Shown here: positions 63,608 through 64,000 of the stretch, piece after piece
Layout: every line of letters starts with the position of its first letter
Position numbering within the stretch: position 1 is the first letter of the stretch
Origin: Candidatus Phoenicimicrobium oleiphilum
GTDB taxonomy: Bacteria > Atribacterota > Phoenicimicrobiia > Phoenicimicrobiales > Phoenicimicrobiaceae
Direction of reading: 5' to 3'
Length of the DNA: 64,000 bases
Assembly (NCBI GenBank): GCA_039638295.1
Contig: JBDIWJ010000003.1
Coordinates: forward strand, 16,289-80,288
The notes under the pieces: model-generated
The model's database searches: none
Seen by the model: only the letters and a program-made list of their open reading frames with translations
What the model was told of the DNA's origin: nothing
Position numbers and translations under genes: made by a program

Positions 63608-64000
63608 GACACCTCTTTTAAACCTGAACGTGGTCAATATGATGCAGATAAAATTTTTAAAATATTAAAAAGATGTGAAGGGAAGAAAGTATTGGGGGTA
63701 ATAGATAAAGACCTTTATGCTCAACGGTTAAATTTCATCTTTGGTCAAGCTGAATTGCCTGGTAGATGTGCTTTGATTTCTATAACAAGATTGAGACAAG
63801 ATTTTTATGGATTGCCAAAAGATGAGATGATATTCTTTGATAGAATAATAAAAGAAGTTGTACATGGGTTAGGTCATACATATAGGATTAAACATTGTTT
63901 AAATCAAAATTGTGTTATGTTTTTTTCTAACAGTATAATAGATATTGATAAAAAGAGTTCATTTTTTTGCAAAATATGCCATAAAAATTTAGAATTCTTT
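63608..64000 (+). pseudogene. archaemetzincin-like (peptidase M54) zinc metalloprotease, N-terminally truncated and 3'-partial
   Basis: An open frame with no ATG start runs off the window end. It reads PERGQYDADKIFKILKRCEGKKVLGVIDKDLY...HGLGHTYRIKHCLNQNCVMFFSNS...FFCKICH, matching the HExxHxxGxxH/Cys4 archaemetzincin core with E replaced by G. An in-frame TAA at 63605 removes the N-terminal ~60 aa. Confidence 0.5.

Overview
This is an AT-rich (~30% GC) bacterial chromosome segment. It is densely packed with core housekeeping genes, and all but one (rpsT) are on the + strand. The operon architecture is Firmicutes-like.

Genes in order:
- Xaa-Pro aminopeptidase (5'-partial), glyA, efp.
- asp23-nusB-xseA-xseB-ispA.
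- rph-rdgB.
- A seven-tRNA operon (Pro-Gly-Arg-His-Arg-Lys-Leu) with a consensus sigma-70 promoter and an intrinsic terminator.
- tig-clpP-clpX-lon.
- valS behind a T-box leader, then folC.
- comEA-comEC-holA, with rpsT on the - strand.
- murJ-lepA-hemW.
- A CIRCE-controlled hrcA-grpE-dnaK-dnaJ operon.
- rsmE-mtaB.
- nusA-ylxR-infB-DUF503-rbfA-nrnA-truB-ribF-rpsO-pnp.
- dut, a Na/Pi cotransporter, uppP, ftsK.
- A BMP-family nucleoside ABC transporter (4 genes).
- rodZ-like, a hypothetical protein, thpR-recA-recX-rny.
- A 5'-truncated archaemetzincin-like ORF running off the window end.

I found no novel protein-coding system such as a defence island or an orphan operon. What is unusual is the non-coding architecture:
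1. Almost every operon boundary carries arrays of degenerate 7-nt units (cgatagt, gtaatga, cgagata and similar), tiled as direct repeats and usually arranged as long inverted pairs.
2. A ~350-bp element occurs twice in inverted orientation 44 kb apart (7.9 kb and 52.3 kb). Both copies have heptamer-tiled terminal inverted repeats.
3. There are families of GC-rich 20-nt perfect palindromes (GGGCACGATGCATCGTGCCC, GGGnCGGATAAATCCGnCCC, GGACAGGCGnnnCGCCTGTCC).
4. A 35-nt cattgcgag...gcaatctc unit is repeated three times.
5. An ~80-nt structured element is duplicated downstream of dnaK and rbfA.

Near-certain upstream N-terminus, start codon uncertain (rny, probably ATT); weaker RBS-placed case (mtaB, possibly ATA). 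Ribosomal protein S20 carries a long Lys/Ala-rich C-terminal tail. All calls come from reading the sequence and the ORF track; no database searches were run.
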